A DNA stretch of 64,000 nucleotides, taken from positions 391,030 through 455,029 of the forward strand of contig JAOPTT010000005.1 in the NCBI GenBank assembly GCA_051531975.1, read 5' to 3'. Source of the DNA: Spirochaetaceae bacterium. Its GTDB lineage: Bacteria; Spirochaetota; Spirochaetia; DSM-2461. Numbering within the stretch: the stretch's first letter is position 1; each line of letters begins with the position of its first letter. Positions 1 through 9,536 of the stretch are shown piece by piece. Both the position numbers and the translations under genes were made by a program. Below the pieces are notes generated by a model. That model did not search any database. It was given only the letters and a program-made list of their open reading frames with translations, and was not told the DNA's origin.

Positions 1-853
1 ATTTTACGGCTGGAGATACCGGATTAATCCTATATTGTATCTCTGTTGATATAGTCTCTTCATGGTTTTTAATTGAAATAAATTTACATCCCTCTGTATA
101 TAATCTTTTTATGCAGCCAGGAACTATAGATATTCCTAATTCAGATGCAACTTCAGTAATTACGGTTTGCATCGTTTTAGGTTGGCTTATAATGTTAGGT
201 ATAAAATTATGTTTTAAACACTCTGTAAATATTTTGTGGTAGATTACAGGAGCTTCAAACCTATCAAATAGTATGAATTCTTCTTCTGATAACAGATCTA
301 AATCCAATTCATTATACCCTGCCATTGGATGAGATGATGAAACAACGATATATAATTTATCCATATATAACTCCTGGGAAGCTATATTAAGAATTAATTT
401 TTCTGGTAAAGTCCTGGATATTCCTATATCTATGTCCTCGTTTTCAAAAGCTTCTATCTGTTCTTGAACTGACATTTCAAATAATCTAATGTTTACATCT
501 GGATACTCTTTGGAATAAGTTCTTATTAACTCAGGTAAAAAAGTGAAACACGCAGAGCTTAAATATCCAATATTTATATTCCCTATCTGTCCCGATGCAG
601 CTTTTTTAACATTATCTACTGCTCGGTTTTCCTGTTCTAAAATAACTAATGAATCTTTTAATAGAGATTGTCCTGCAGCTGTAACTTTAACTTCCCTGGT
701 ATTCCTCCATAACAGACTTACTCCAAGTTCTTCTTCTAAATCAGAGATGTGTCTACTAATAGCAGGTTGTACTGTATTTAGCTCTCTAGCTGCAGCTGAA
801 AAGCTTTTTAATGTAGCAACACTAATAAAACTTCTTAATAATTTAATTTCCAT
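1..853 (-). CDS. LysR-family transcriptional regulator (3' end runs off window)
   Basis: Not in the ORF track. Manual translation from ATG 853 gives MEIKLLRSFISVATLKSFSAAARELNTVQPAISRHISDLEEELGVSLLWRNTREVKVTAAG, a textbook LysR HTH. Confidence 0.95.
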   Translation of the reverse strand, partial: MEIKLLRSFISVATLKSFSAAARELNTVQPAISRHISDLEEELGVSLLWRNTREVKVTAAGQSLLKDSLVILEQENRAVDNVKKAASGQIGNINIGYLSSACFTFLPELIRTYSKEYPDVNIRLFEMSVQEQIEAFENEDIDIGISRTLPEKLILNIASQELYMDKLYIVVSSSHPMAGYNELDLDLLSEEEFILFDRFEAPVIYHKIFTECLKHNFIPNIISQPKTMQTVITEVASELGISIVPGCIKRLYTEGCKFISIKNHEETISTEIQYRINPVSPAVK

Positions 854-860
854 GAATTAT

Positions 861-879
861 TTATACCATATTTGTATAA
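861..879. promoter_or_regulatory. LysR recognition site (ATAC-N7-GTAT)
   Basis: Perfect dyad TTATAC-catattt-GTATAA fitting T-N11-A, in the divergent lysR/HD intergenic region. Confidence 0.7.
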
Positions 880-955
880 GTGTGATCAAATTATATTATT
901 TCTAATATAAATGAAATCTTAGTATCATAACATTATTGGATAAAGGAGATGTTAA

Positions 956-1540
956 ATGGAAGAAATTGATAGGGTATTAAATTTTATTGTAGAGATTGAG
1001 AAATTAAAAAATGTGCTTAGGAAATCTAAACCAGTAGGTTGTAACAGGTTTGAGAACTCAGCGGAACATAGTTGGCATGTTTGTTTATCGGCATTGATGT
1101 TAAAAGACTATGCCAATGAGGATATAAACATAGATCGAGTAATCAAGATGTTATTAATTCATGACTTAGGTGAAATTGATTCTGGGGATAAAATTATATA
1201 TGAAAGTGAAACCCTAGATAATAAGGAAGTAGAAGCTAATGGTGTAAAAAGATTATTAAACATGTTACCAGAAGGCATGGCGGATATATATGTTCCTTTG
1301 TGGTATGAGTTTGAAGAGGGTAAAACTATAGATTCAAAGTATGCAAAAGCAATAGATAGGGTACCACCACTTTTTCATAATCTATTAGGTAATGGCCATA
1401 CATGGAAGGAACATAACATTTCTAAAACTCAAGTTTATACTTTAAATGAAAGAATAAGTTTAGGCAGTAAGAAGTTATGGGAAGTTATTAAAGTTAAATT
1501 GGATTTAGGGGTTAAACAAGGTTTACTTAAGGATGAATAA
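956..1540 (+). CDS. HD-domain phosphohydrolase (HD_3 / YfbR-like)
   Basis: ENSAEHSWH, LIHDLGEI and KAIDR motifs; SD AAGGAG. Confidence 0.88.
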   Translation: MEEIDRVLNFIVEIEKLKNVLRKSKPVGCNRFENSAEHSWHVCLSALMLKDYANEDINIDRVIKMLLIHDLGEIDSGDKIIYESETLDNKEVEANGVKRLLNMLPEGMADIYVPLWYEFEEGKTIDSKYAKAIDRVPPLFHNLLGNGHTWKEHNISKTQVYTLNERISLGSKKLWEVIKVKLDLGVKQGLLKDE

Positions 1541-2045
1541 AAATATAGCAAAACGAATCAATAGTGTATCTAAATTAGAGGGGAGCTACACATTAAGATC
1601 TGGTAGTAAAAGTAATACTTATTTCGATAAATATCAGTTTGAATCTAATCCAGAACTTCTAAAAGATATTGCCACTTTGATGTTACAGTTAATTCCAAAG
1701 GGTACAGATGTTTTAGCTGGCTTAGAAATGGGTGGTGTTCCATTAGTTACAATGTTAAGTCAGTTAACAAATCTACCATGTGCATTTATTAGAAAAAAAG
1801 CCAAAGACTATGGTACATGTAGGTATTCTGAAGGGACTAACTTATTAAATAAGAAAATCATAATCATAGAAGATGTAGTTTCTAGTGGGGGAGCTATTAT
1901 TGATGCTGTTTTAAAACTACGAGCTGATGGTATTAAAGTAGATACAGCTATATGTGTTATTGATAGGGAAACAGGTGGCAAAGAGAAGCTTAAAGATATT
2001 GGAATTAACTTATTAAGTTTAATAAATAAAACTGAATTAGGCTGA
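1533..2045 (+). CDS. pyrE: Orotate phosphoribosyltransferase
   Basis: TLRSGSKSNTYFDK, RKKAKDYGT flexible loop, PRPP-binding IIEDVVSSGGA. Confidence 0.85.
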   Translation: MNKNIAKRINSVSKLEGSYTLRSGSKSNTYFDKYQFESNPELLKDIATLMLQLIPKGTDVLAGLEMGGVPLVTMLSQLTNLPCAFIRKKAKDYGTCRYSEGTNLLNKKIIIIEDVVSSGGAIIDAVLKLRADGIKVDTAICVIDRETGGKEKLKDIGINLLSLINKTELG

Positions 2046-2049
2046 ACTT

Positions 2050-2373
2050 TTAAAGCCTAGATACAATGTATTGATTAATTGAAACTCTTTCTTCCAGGGA
2101 TTTCAGTACTAAGGCTTTATGAAGTTCTGGAGGTACTCTTAATGTAAGATTTCCCTTGTATTTTCTAGCACTTAAAGGTTCTGGAATAGTCTCACCATCT
2201 TCTAACATCCATGAAATAGTTTCACTTACAACAATTTCTATCTCTTTTAATGCTTCTTGTGCTGTATTTCCATGGGTTAATAAAGATGGGAACTCTAGAC
2301 ATTTGGCTATATGGGTATTATCCTCCACTGACCATTCAATTCTATAAGTGTATTTTTCAACTAAATTATCCAT
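2050..2373 (-). CDS. hicB: HicB-family antitoxin with C-terminal RHH
   Basis: CLEFPSLLTHGNTAQEAL, GETIPEP, YKGNLTLRVPPELH...SINQYI. Confidence 0.92.
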   Translation of the reverse strand: MDNLVEKYTYRIEWSVEDNTHIAKCLEFPSLLTHGNTAQEALKEIEIVVSETISWMLEDGETIPEPLSARKYKGNLTLRVPPELHKALVLKSLEERVSINQYIVSRL

Positions 2374-2596
2374 TTATCTCCTCCATTTTCTTAATAGCTT
2401 TAATTACTGCTTTAACTTGGTAAATTTTAGCCATTTTTCCATCCTTTTGAATATTAATTCTTGGATCACCCTGCCATGGCATTTTAAAAATATGATGACT
2501 ACCTCTAATTCTGGGCTCACCAAAGTATTTAATACTTATCTTGAGTAAGTCTTTTAATTTAACACTTTTTTTATGTTCTAATTCTTCGATAGTCAC
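2366..2596 (-). CDS. hicA: HicA-family toxin (start reassigned to GTG 2596)
   Basis: FGEPRIRGSHHIFK, INIQKDGKMAKIYQVK; overlaps hicB by 8 nt; the longer track start lies inside the predicted promoter. Confidence 0.88.
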   Translation of the reverse strand: MTIEELEHKKSVKLKDLLKISIKYFGEPRIRGSHHIFKMPWQGDPRINIQKDGKMAKIYQVKAVIKAIKKMEEING

Positions 2597-2601
2597 TTTA
2601 A

Positions 2602-2630
2602 ATGATAGCGTATATGATAGCACAGGTCAA
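2602..2630 (-). promoter_or_regulatory. sigma70 promoter of hicAB with tandem operator
   Basis: TTGACC-17-TATCAT; ATGATAGC direct repeat at 2602-2609 and 2614-2621. Confidence 0.7.
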
Positions 2631-2749
2631 TTTAATAGTTATAATATTAGTAAATATTTCTACCTAAAAGAAGTCTAATACTTTTTTAAACTTCCCTAAG
2701 TGAATTAACAACAAAAATAGACTAAATGGCTAGTATTAAAAAAAAAGAG

Positions 2750-2778
2750 TTGCAATAATCCAGACTCAACTGTACTAT
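2750..2778 (+). promoter_or_regulatory. sigma70 promoter of gntR-nfeD-SPFH operon
   Basis: TTGCAA-17-TACTAT. Confidence 0.6.
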
Positions 2779-2800
2779 ATAAGTATAACGGTGGTACGGA

Positions 2801-3175
2801 ATGAGTGAACAAAAAGAATTAACAGTAGATTACAAATCCATTATTCCGGTATACGAGCAGATTAAACAGTTTTTTAAATTGCAAATATTAAACGGTCATA
2901 AATCTGCAGACGAAAAGATAACATCTGTTAGGGAGTTGGCAAGAACAATAATGGTTAACCAAAATACTATTGTAAAAGCCTATTACCAGTTAGAACAGGA
3001 AGGATTTATCTATTCAAAACCGGGACGTGGTTATTTTGTAAAAGAAGTAGTTAAAAACAGGGAGAGTGAAAAGCTGGAACTATTAAACTACATAACAAAG
3101 GATTACCTAGAAAAGGTAACAGAGATGGGCTTCTCGGTTGATGACGTATTAACCCTGATGAAAAAATTAAAATAA
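2801..3175 (+). CDS. GntR-family (YtrA-type) regulator
   Basis: PVYEQIK, SVRELA...VNQNTIVKAYYQLEQEGFIYSKPGRGYFV; short C-terminus. Confidence 0.93.
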   Translation: MSEQKELTVDYKSIIPVYEQIKQFFKLQILNGHKSADEKITSVRELARTIMVNQNTIVKAYYQLEQEGFIYSKPGRGYFVKEVVKNRESEKLELLNYITKDYLEKVTEMGFSVDDVLTLMKKLK

Positions 3176-3184
3176 AAGGAGAGA

Positions 3185-3643
3185 GTGATGATTGAGAGTA
3201 TATCCCCAGTAACACTTTGGTTAATTGTTGGAATAGTTTTCATTATTTTAGAGATGTTTTTACCAGGGTTTATTATTGGATTTTTTGGTATTGGAGCAAT
3301 TATAACATGTCTAACTACACTAATAGGAATCACCCCTAATTTTACAAGTCAGATGATTACATTTTTTATAGTTTCTGTAGTACTTCTTTTACTATTCCAA
3401 AAGGTTTTAAAAAGGAAACTTTTTGGTATTAAAGAAGAGACTACAAACTTTAATATCCAAATTGGAAAAATTGTACCAGTAACAGAATTTATAGATCCTA
3501 CGGAAGGCACTGGTAAAGTAAAATATCAGGGAGCAATCTGGAGTGCAAGTTCTGAAGATAAAATTGCACCAGGAGAAAAAGCAAGATTAGTAGGGTGTGA
3601 CAATTTAACACTTATAGTTAAAAAAGGAAAAGAGGAGAAATAA
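3185..3643 (+). CDS. NfeD-family membrane protein
   Basis: WLIVGIVFIILEMFLPGF TM helices, GKVKYQGAIWSA OB-fold; precedes SPFH gene. Confidence 0.9.
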   Translation: MMIESISPVTLWLIVGIVFIILEMFLPGFIIGFFGIGAIITCLTTLIGITPNFTSQMITFFIVSVVLLLLFQKVLKRKLFGIKEETTNFNIQIGKIVPVTEFIDPTEGTGKVKYQGAIWSASSEDKIAPGEKARLVGCDNLTLIVKKGKEEK

Positions 3644-3645
3644 AA

Positions 3646-4584
3646 ATGATTTTAAATACAATAATTTTAGTAGTTTTAGGTTTACTTTTAATTTACATTA
3701 TATTCAGTATTGTAAGAATTGTTCCAACACAAAAAGCATTTGTTGTAGAGAGACTAGGAAAATATAATAAAACCTTAGAAGCTGGGTTTAATGTACTTGC
3801 CCCTTTTATTGATAAAGTAGCTTACAAGCAGTCTTTAAAAGAGAGAGCAGTAGATGTTCCTCCCCAGACATGTATCACTAAGGATAATATCTCTGTATCC
3901 ATTGATGGAATTCTATTTTATAGAATTGTAGACCCAGTAAAAGCAAGTTATGGAATAGATGACCACTCATTCGCTATTAACCAGATTGCCCAAACGACAA
4001 TGAGATCAGAGATTGGTTCTATTGAGTTAGATGTTACATTTGAGTCTAGGGATAATATTAATAGTGCAATTGTAGCCGCAGTAGATGAAGCTTCTGATCC
4101 TTGGGGTATAAAAGTAACTAGGTATGAAATTAAAAATATCGAGACACCTAGAACAATTAGAGATGCAATGGAAAAACAGATGAGAGCAGAGCGAGAGAAA
4201 CGTGAGCAGATTGCTCTATCTGAAGGTGATAAACTCGCTAAAATTAACCGTGCAGAGGGTATTAAAGAGGAAGCAATTAAAATTTCAGAAGGTGAAAGAA
4301 TTAAAAGAGAAAACGAAGCAAGAGGTCAGGCTACAGCTATTCTAGAAATTGCAAAAGCGACTGCCTTAGGTATAGACGAAGTATCTAAAGCTGTTAACCA
4401 GCCAGGTGGTTCAGAAGCTCTTTCTATGAAGATTGCAGGAGATTGGTTTAAATCCTTCGAAAAGCTTGCTAAAGAGACAAATACAATGATAATCCCAACC
4501 AATATGACTGAAATTGCAAGTGTTTCAGCAGTATTAAAAAGTGCTTTAAACTTTACAAAACCACCAGTAGAATTAAAGAAATAA
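3646..4584 (+). CDS. SPFH/band 7 stomatin-like protein
   Basis: VVERLGKY, QTCITKDN, AQTTMRSEIG, WGIKVTRYEIK, MEKQMRAEREKR. Confidence 0.95.
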   Translation: MILNTIILVVLGLLLIYIIFSIVRIVPTQKAFVVERLGKYNKTLEAGFNVLAPFIDKVAYKQSLKERAVDVPPQTCITKDNISVSIDGILFYRIVDPVKASYGIDDHSFAINQIAQTTMRSEIGSIELDVTFESRDNINSAIVAAVDEASDPWGIKVTRYEIKNIETPRTIRDAMEKQMRAEREKREQIALSEGDKLAKINRAEGIKEEAIKISEGERIKRENEARGQATAILEIAKATALGIDEVSKAVNQPGGSEALSMKIAGDWFKSFEKLAKETNTMIIPTNMTEIASVSAVLKSALNFTKPPVELKK

Positions 4585-4595
4585 TTAGACTTAAT

Positions 4596-4617
4596 ATCCC
4601 GGTAGTAATATCGGGAT
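4596..4617 (+). terminator. Hairpin after SPFH gene (terminator or stabiliser)
   Basis: ATCCCGGTA-gtaa-TATCGGGAT (one G-U pair); weak U-tract. Confidence 0.5.
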
Positions 4618-4643
4618 CTATTTAAAAAATAAAAGGAAATATA

Positions 4644-5759
4644 ATGAAAAAAGTTATTTTAATGTTTTGTATAAGTACTCTATTTTTACTAACCGGTTGC
4701 AAAACTTCAGATATCAGCTATGAGGATGTAGATAAACCTGTATCTATGTTTTATAGATCTGAAAAAAATAACTTCCCTGGTTGTTTAATTTTAGTATCTT
4801 CAAATGGTAAGATCATATACAAAGAAGCATTTGGAATGCAGAATTTAGAAAACAATGTATTAGCATCTTCTGATACTACTTTTAGAATTGGATCAATAAC
4901 TAAACAATTTACTTCAACTGCGGTTCTACTACTAAAAGAGCGTGGTCTGTTATCCTTAACTGATAAACTATCAAAGTATATTCCAGATTTTCCAAAGGCA
5001 GATGAAGTTTCCATATATCAACTATTAACCCACACCTCTGGTATAAAAAGTTATACAGATGAAGAAGATTTTGTTGAAAATGTAGTTAATTATATTTCAA
5101 CTAGGGACCTTATTAATCAAATTAAAGAATCAGGATACGATTTTGAACCTGGTACTGAATTCAGATATAATAACTCTGGATATTTTATTCTTGGATACAT
5201 AATAGAACTTATTTCTGGGGAAAGTTATGGTGATTTTTTAGAAAACAACATTTTTAAACCTCTTAAAATGAAAAATACAGGAGTATATAAAAAAGGTTTA
5301 GGTCTGCCTAACGAAGGTATAGGTTATTCATATAAAAGAGGTGAAATTAAAGAGGAGTTAAATTGGGATATGTCATATGCAGGAGGTGCTGGTAATCTAT
5401 ACTCAGATGTTTATGATCTTTATTTATGGAATGAAGCTCTGTTTAACGGTAAGGTTCTGTCTAAACAATCCTTAGACGAAGCTTTCTCACCAGCACTTTT
5501 ACTTAATGGAGAAAATGCTTTAGAACACCCTATTTTTAATTATGGATTAGGTTGGGCTTTAAACTATTTATTTGACACTGATGTAGTAGAACATAGTGGA
5601 GTATTACATGGATTTACAGCATCTATTTCAAGAATGGTAGAAGAAGATATATCTATAATTATTTTAACCAATAAGAGTTACGACTCATTTGGAGTAAAAG
5701 TTGATATCTTAAAGACAAGAATAATGACTTCAATAATAACTAAACTAAAGCAAGAGTAG
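4644..5759 (+). CDS. Beta-lactamase-family (S12/AmpC-like) serine hydrolase lipoprotein
   Basis: Lipobox LLTGC; SxxK (GSITKQFT), LLTHTSG, YxN (YNN), HSG. Confidence 0.9.
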   Translation: MKKVILMFCISTLFLLTGCKTSDISYEDVDKPVSMFYRSEKNNFPGCLILVSSNGKIIYKEAFGMQNLENNVLASSDTTFRIGSITKQFTSTAVLLLKERGLLSLTDKLSKYIPDFPKADEVSIYQLLTHTSGIKSYTDEEDFVENVVNYISTRDLINQIKESGYDFEPGTEFRYNNSGYFILGYIIELISGESYGDFLENNIFKPLKMKNTGVYKKGLGLPNEGIGYSYKRGEIKEELNWDMSYAGGAGNLYSDVYDLYLWNEALFNGKVLSKQSLDEAFSPALLLNGENALEHPIFNYGLGWALNYLFDTDVVEHSGVLHGFTASISRMVEEDISIIILTNKSYDSFGVKVDILKTRIMTSIITKLKQE

Positions 5760-5785
5760 TTTGCTTTAGCACATAGGATCTTAAA

Positions 5786-7030
5786 ATGAAAAAAACTATT
5801 ATATTCATAATTTCAATATGCCTGCTTTTAGGCTGTACAAGAGATATAACAAAAAGTCTAACTAAGTCTCAGGATATTGTTATCACCAGCTCATTTGATT
5901 CCAAAAAAGATAATAAAATTAATTTAGTATTAGAAATTAAACAACCGGTAGACCACAAAAACCCTAACAGTGAGCTGTTTACGCAGGAGTTTTATCTATC
6001 ACATAGGGGTTTTGATAGACCAGTCGTCGTCGTAACTGATGGTTATTCATCAACAAACAACTTTAATTATGAGGTAGCTGAAATACTAGATGCTAATTTA
6101 ATAGTAATTAATCATCGATATTGCAATAATGCCCTACCAAATAACCCAGATTATAAATACCTAACAATAGAACAGGCTGCTGCTGATCATCACTCTATTG
6201 TAGAGCAATTTAAAGATATCTATAACAACTCTAAATGGATTTCTAGTGGAATAAGTAAAGGTGGTATGGCGGCTATTTATTTTAAAAGGTTTTACCCAAA
6301 TGATGTTGATGTTGTTGTTCCACTTGTAGCACCTACATATATTGGGAATGAGGACAAAAGAGGTCAAGAATATTTTGAAGATGAAGTTAGAGTAGATAAA
6401 GTAAAACAAATAACTCAATTTCAAGAATATGTATTAGAGCACAGAGATGAAATATCTCCACTAATTAGTTCATTTATTCCTAGAAGTTATGATATACGGC
6501 AGAATTTAACTAATGATGAGATCTTAGAACTACTACTACGGAATTACTTTTTTAACTTTTGGAAAAATGGTGATGTTGAAAATAAGATTATACCAACAAC
6601 TGAGGATTCACATAGATTAATGGTTAAATCCCTTATATTTGAAGTCGAGGGTGAACTTATGTCAACAAAAATTCCTGATGGTAAAGCAACTTATTATCTT
6701 GTTTCATCAATTGGGGGCTTTTATCTGGAGACAAAGGTAAACTATATATACGATCCAATAAAAATTGCCATGAAGTTATATGAATTTGATAATAAACCAG
6801 AATTTCAAAGTAGTATATTAGAGGATATAAATAGTTGGGTAATAGAAAATGGAAACAACATTATTTATGTTTATGCAGAAGAAGATCCATTTTCATATTA
6901 TCAGTTTAATATAGGTGCAAAGACTAATGCTGTAAAGTTTATGGTGGAAAATGAAGCACATCTTTTTAGTTTGAAAAAGATGAACAATTATGAACTATTC
7001 ATTGAAACTTTAATGGATAGAATTAACTAG
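5786..7030 (+). CDS. S37/S28-type alpha/beta-hydrolase peptidase lipoprotein
   Basis: Lipobox LLLGC; QPVDH, NHRY, YLTIEQAAADHH, nucleophile elbow GISKGG, YAEEDPF. Confidence 0.82.
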   Translation: MKKTIIFIISICLLLGCTRDITKSLTKSQDIVITSSFDSKKDNKINLVLEIKQPVDHKNPNSELFTQEFYLSHRGFDRPVVVVTDGYSSTNNFNYEVAEILDANLIVINHRYCNNALPNNPDYKYLTIEQAAADHHSIVEQFKDIYNNSKWISSGISKGGMAAIYFKRFYPNDVDVVVPLVAPTYIGNEDKRGQEYFEDEVRVDKVKQITQFQEYVLEHRDEISPLISSFIPRSYDIRQNLTNDEILELLLRNYFFNFWKNGDVENKIIPTTEDSHRLMVKSLIFEVEGELMSTKIPDGKATYYLVSSIGGFYLETKVNYIYDPIKIAMKLYEFDNKPEFQSSILEDINSWVIENGNNIIYVYAEEDPFSYYQFNIGAKTNAVKFMVENEAHLFSLKKMNNYELFIETLMDRIN

Positions 7031-7037
7031 ACTCGTG

Positions 7038-7056
7038 ACCGGGGTAAAGTCCCGGT
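7038..7056. terminator. Hairpin between convergent genes
   Basis: ACCGGG-gtaaagt-CCCGGT. Confidence 0.5.
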
Positions 7057-7076
7057 AATTAGTTTAATAATCCTGG

Positions 7077-7811
7077 TCATAATATAATCTTAAGGATAGT
7101 TATTAATCCAACTATGGCTAATAGTATTAACACGATCCCTCTGAAATGATGATCTTTGATTTTTTTTGCCACAGTTATTCCTAACATTGAACCTATTAAT
7201 ATAGTTACTATATTGGCTCCCATGATTCCAGCCATTTGGGTAGTTAATAATCTATTAAATATAAAAACAAAAATAGTTATTATGTTTGTAATTGTTGCAT
7301 AAATTGCTAAGTTCGCTCTAAATTCATTTTTATCATAACCTTCGTTACTTAAAAACAGTACAATTGGAGGGCCACTCATAGATAGACTTCCATTTAGTAT
7401 TCCACTTATAAAACCAGTTAAACCATAGGACAGTTTCTGTCTTTTAAAATGTACTTTATATCCCTTAAACATAAATATAGAAGTTAAAATAATTAATATA
7501 CCAATAATACCTTTTAGAATCTCAGGGTTTATGTTTTTTAATCCATAAACTCCAATTGGGATACCAATTATTCCACAAATAATCATAATCCATATACGTT
7601 TTAAATTAATATGTTTAATAGCCCATGATACAACAACAATATTATTAACCAAGCTATAACAAACGACCATAGGTACTACTGTTTTAACTGGAATTACAAA
7701 ACTTAATAATGGCACAGCAATTAAAGAAAAACCAAATCCTACTGTTCCTTGTACAGTACTTGCAATAAGGACAATAACACAAGAAAATATAATACTTTCT
7801 ATACCACTCAT
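7077..7811 (-). CDS. TauE/SafE-family membrane exporter
   Basis: VQGTVGFGFSLI, GSLSMSGPPIV; about 8 TM helices. Confidence 0.9.
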   Translation of the reverse strand: MSGIESIIFSCVIVLIASTVQGTVGFGFSLIAVPLLSFVIPVKTVVPMVVCYSLVNNIVVVSWAIKHINLKRIWIMIICGIIGIPIGVYGLKNINPEILKGIIGILIILTSIFMFKGYKVHFKRQKLSYGLTGFISGILNGSLSMSGPPIVLFLSNEGYDKNEFRANLAIYATITNIITIFVFIFNRLLTTQMAGIMGANIVTILIGSMLGITVAKKIKDHHFRGIVLILLAIVGLITILKIIL

Positions 7812-7897
7812 CTACACTTGCCTCCTTTTCATCAAGAACGAATTATATGTCAAAATAAGTGATATATACAATTAATTTATATAAATAAATTTAAATA

Positions 7898-7913
7898 TGA
7901 CATAACGGTGTCA
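7898..7913. promoter_or_regulatory. Palindrome TGACA-N6-TGTCA, probable operator of the WYL regulator
   Basis: TGACA-taacgg-TGTCA, 37 nt upstream of the GyrI-like ATG. Confidence 0.6.
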
Positions 7914-7950
7914 CAACCTTCTGTTAATCTTATTTTGTAAGGAGATAAAT

Positions 7951-8556
7951 ATGAAAATATTTTTAATTGTAGTAGTTTGTTTAGTTTTATTAGTTGGGTT
8001 GTTTTACATCTTCTCAGTAGTTACTGGTCCTAAAAAAAAGGATTTTGTAGAATTTATTGAACCAAGAATAATCGATAAACCTGATATGTTGGCTATAGTT
8101 GTAGATTTTGATGGTGACGCAGATAAAGTAATAAAAGAAGCATTTGGTCGAATGTTTAAAAAGTACTTCAGCTTAAAAGGTGTACCAAAAGGTGGTAAGC
8201 AACCTGCTCCGATAGCAAGATACAGTAACTTTGATAATGTTTCAGAACTATCACAGGAAGAGCTTAAAAAAATGGACTGGACCGGTTTTACAGCGATAAA
8301 AGTTCCATCAGGCACAGCAAGTTTTCAAGATGAGTATGTTCGTTTAGAAACTGTAGAGTATGGGAAGGTAGCAGAAATAGTTCATTTTGGATCATATGAG
8401 TCCGAAGTAGAAAATATTACAAAACTGAAAGAGTTTATTAAAAAATCAGGTTATGAAATATCAGGTCTCCACGAAGAGGAGTACATTGTAGGTCCAGGTC
8501 TAATATATAGATCTCCTAAAAGTTATATAACAATTATTCGATATCAGATAAAATAA
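7951..8556 (+). CDS. GyrI-like small-molecule-binding protein with N-terminal membrane anchor
   Basis: VAEIVHFGSYESE...LKEFIKKSGYEISGLHEEEYIVGP...TIIRYQI; hydrophobic first 24 residues. Confidence 0.8.
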   Translation: MKIFLIVVVCLVLLVGLFYIFSVVTGPKKKDFVEFIEPRIIDKPDMLAIVVDFDGDADKVIKEAFGRMFKKYFSLKGVPKGGKQPAPIARYSNFDNVSELSQEELKKMDWTGFTAIKVPSGTASFQDEYVRLETVEYGKVAEIVHFGSYESEVENITKLKEFIKKSGYEISGLHEEEYIVGPGLIYRSPKSYITIIRYQIK

Positions 8557-8560
8557 TTAA

Positions 8561-9478
8561 ATGCGTATAGATAGAATGCTCTCTATTACTATTATTTTAT
8601 TAGGTAGAGAGCGAGTTAGTGCTAAAGAGTTATCAAAAAGATTCGAAGTATCAAGTAGAACCATTTATAGGGATATCGAAGCTATTAATTTAGCTGGAAT
8701 CCCAATTATATCCCTACAGGGTAGGGATGGAGGTTTTGGTATTATGGAAGGTTTTAAACTAGATAAACAGATATTTACCACAAGAGATATGGCCTCTATT
8801 TTATCTAGCTTAGAAGGTATAAACAGAGGTTTAGAGTCTAATGAAATTAAAAATGTTGTAGAAAAGCTACACTCTCTAATTCCTAATAATCAAAAAGAAG
8901 AAGTAACTAAAAGAGCTAGTAAATTATTAATTGATATTACTCCATGGGGAGACTCAGAAAAGAGAAAAAAGAGATACAAAGAGATAGATTTAGCAATAGA
9001 GAGACAAAAGGTACTAGAGATTAAATATATAAATCCTAATGGAGAAGAATCTATTAGAAATATTGAACCGATGACTCTCGTATATAAAAACTTCACCTGG
9101 TATATTTGGAGTTTCTGTCAAAAACGTAATGACTTTCGAATATTTAAAATGAATAGAATAATAGAACTTAAAACCTTAGATACTTCATTTATAAATAAGG
9201 GTGTAATATACAAAGAAAATAGTGATTATAAACTAGAACTAATAAATATAAAACTTAAAGCTGACCTATCTTTTAAGGGACAAGCTATAGAGAAGTTTGG
9301 TGTAGAATTTATTACTGAATATCCAACTTATTTAGAAATTAATACAACTTTTCCAGAAGGTGCATGGATTCATGAATTTATATTATCCCTTGGAAGTAGT
9401 GTCGAAGTTTTATACCCATTAGGATTACGTAATAAAATGATAAGTTTATTAAATAATATGAACAATCTATATAAGTAA
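8561..9478 (+). CDS. YafY-type wHTH-WYL-WCX transcriptional regulator
   Basis: MRIDRML, FEVSSRTIYRDIE, RNIEPMTL, WYIWSFC, RIFKMNRI, VEVLYPLGLR. Confidence 0.95.
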   Translation: MRIDRMLSITIILLGRERVSAKELSKRFEVSSRTIYRDIEAINLAGIPIISLQGRDGGFGIMEGFKLDKQIFTTRDMASILSSLEGINRGLESNEIKNVVEKLHSLIPNNQKEEVTKRASKLLIDITPWGDSEKRKKRYKEIDLAIERQKVLEIKYINPNGEESIRNIEPMTLVYKNFTWYIWSFCQKRNDFRIFKMNRIIELKTLDTSFINKGVIYKENSDYKLELINIKLKADLSFKGQAIEKFGVEFITEYPTYLEINTTFPEGAWIHEFILSLGSSVEVLYPLGLRNKMISLLNNMNNLYK

Positions 9479-9485
9479 AAAAATG

Positions 9486-9519
9486 TTCTCTGAAATTAAT
9501 ATAAATCACTTTCAGAGAA
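9486..9519. terminator. Bidirectional terminator candidate
   Basis: TTCTCTGAAA-N14-TTTCAGAGAA between convergent genes. Confidence 0.55.
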
Positions 9520-9536
9520 GACCTATACTGGATATT

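Noticed and set aside
543..905. 120-aa plus-strand ORF
   Set aside because: Antisense shadow of the minus-strand LysR gene.
4644..5759. True beta-lactamase resistance call (also 16269 and 62132)
   Set aside because: SxxK/YxN/HxG motifs are shared by peptidases and esterases; activity cannot be read from the sequence.
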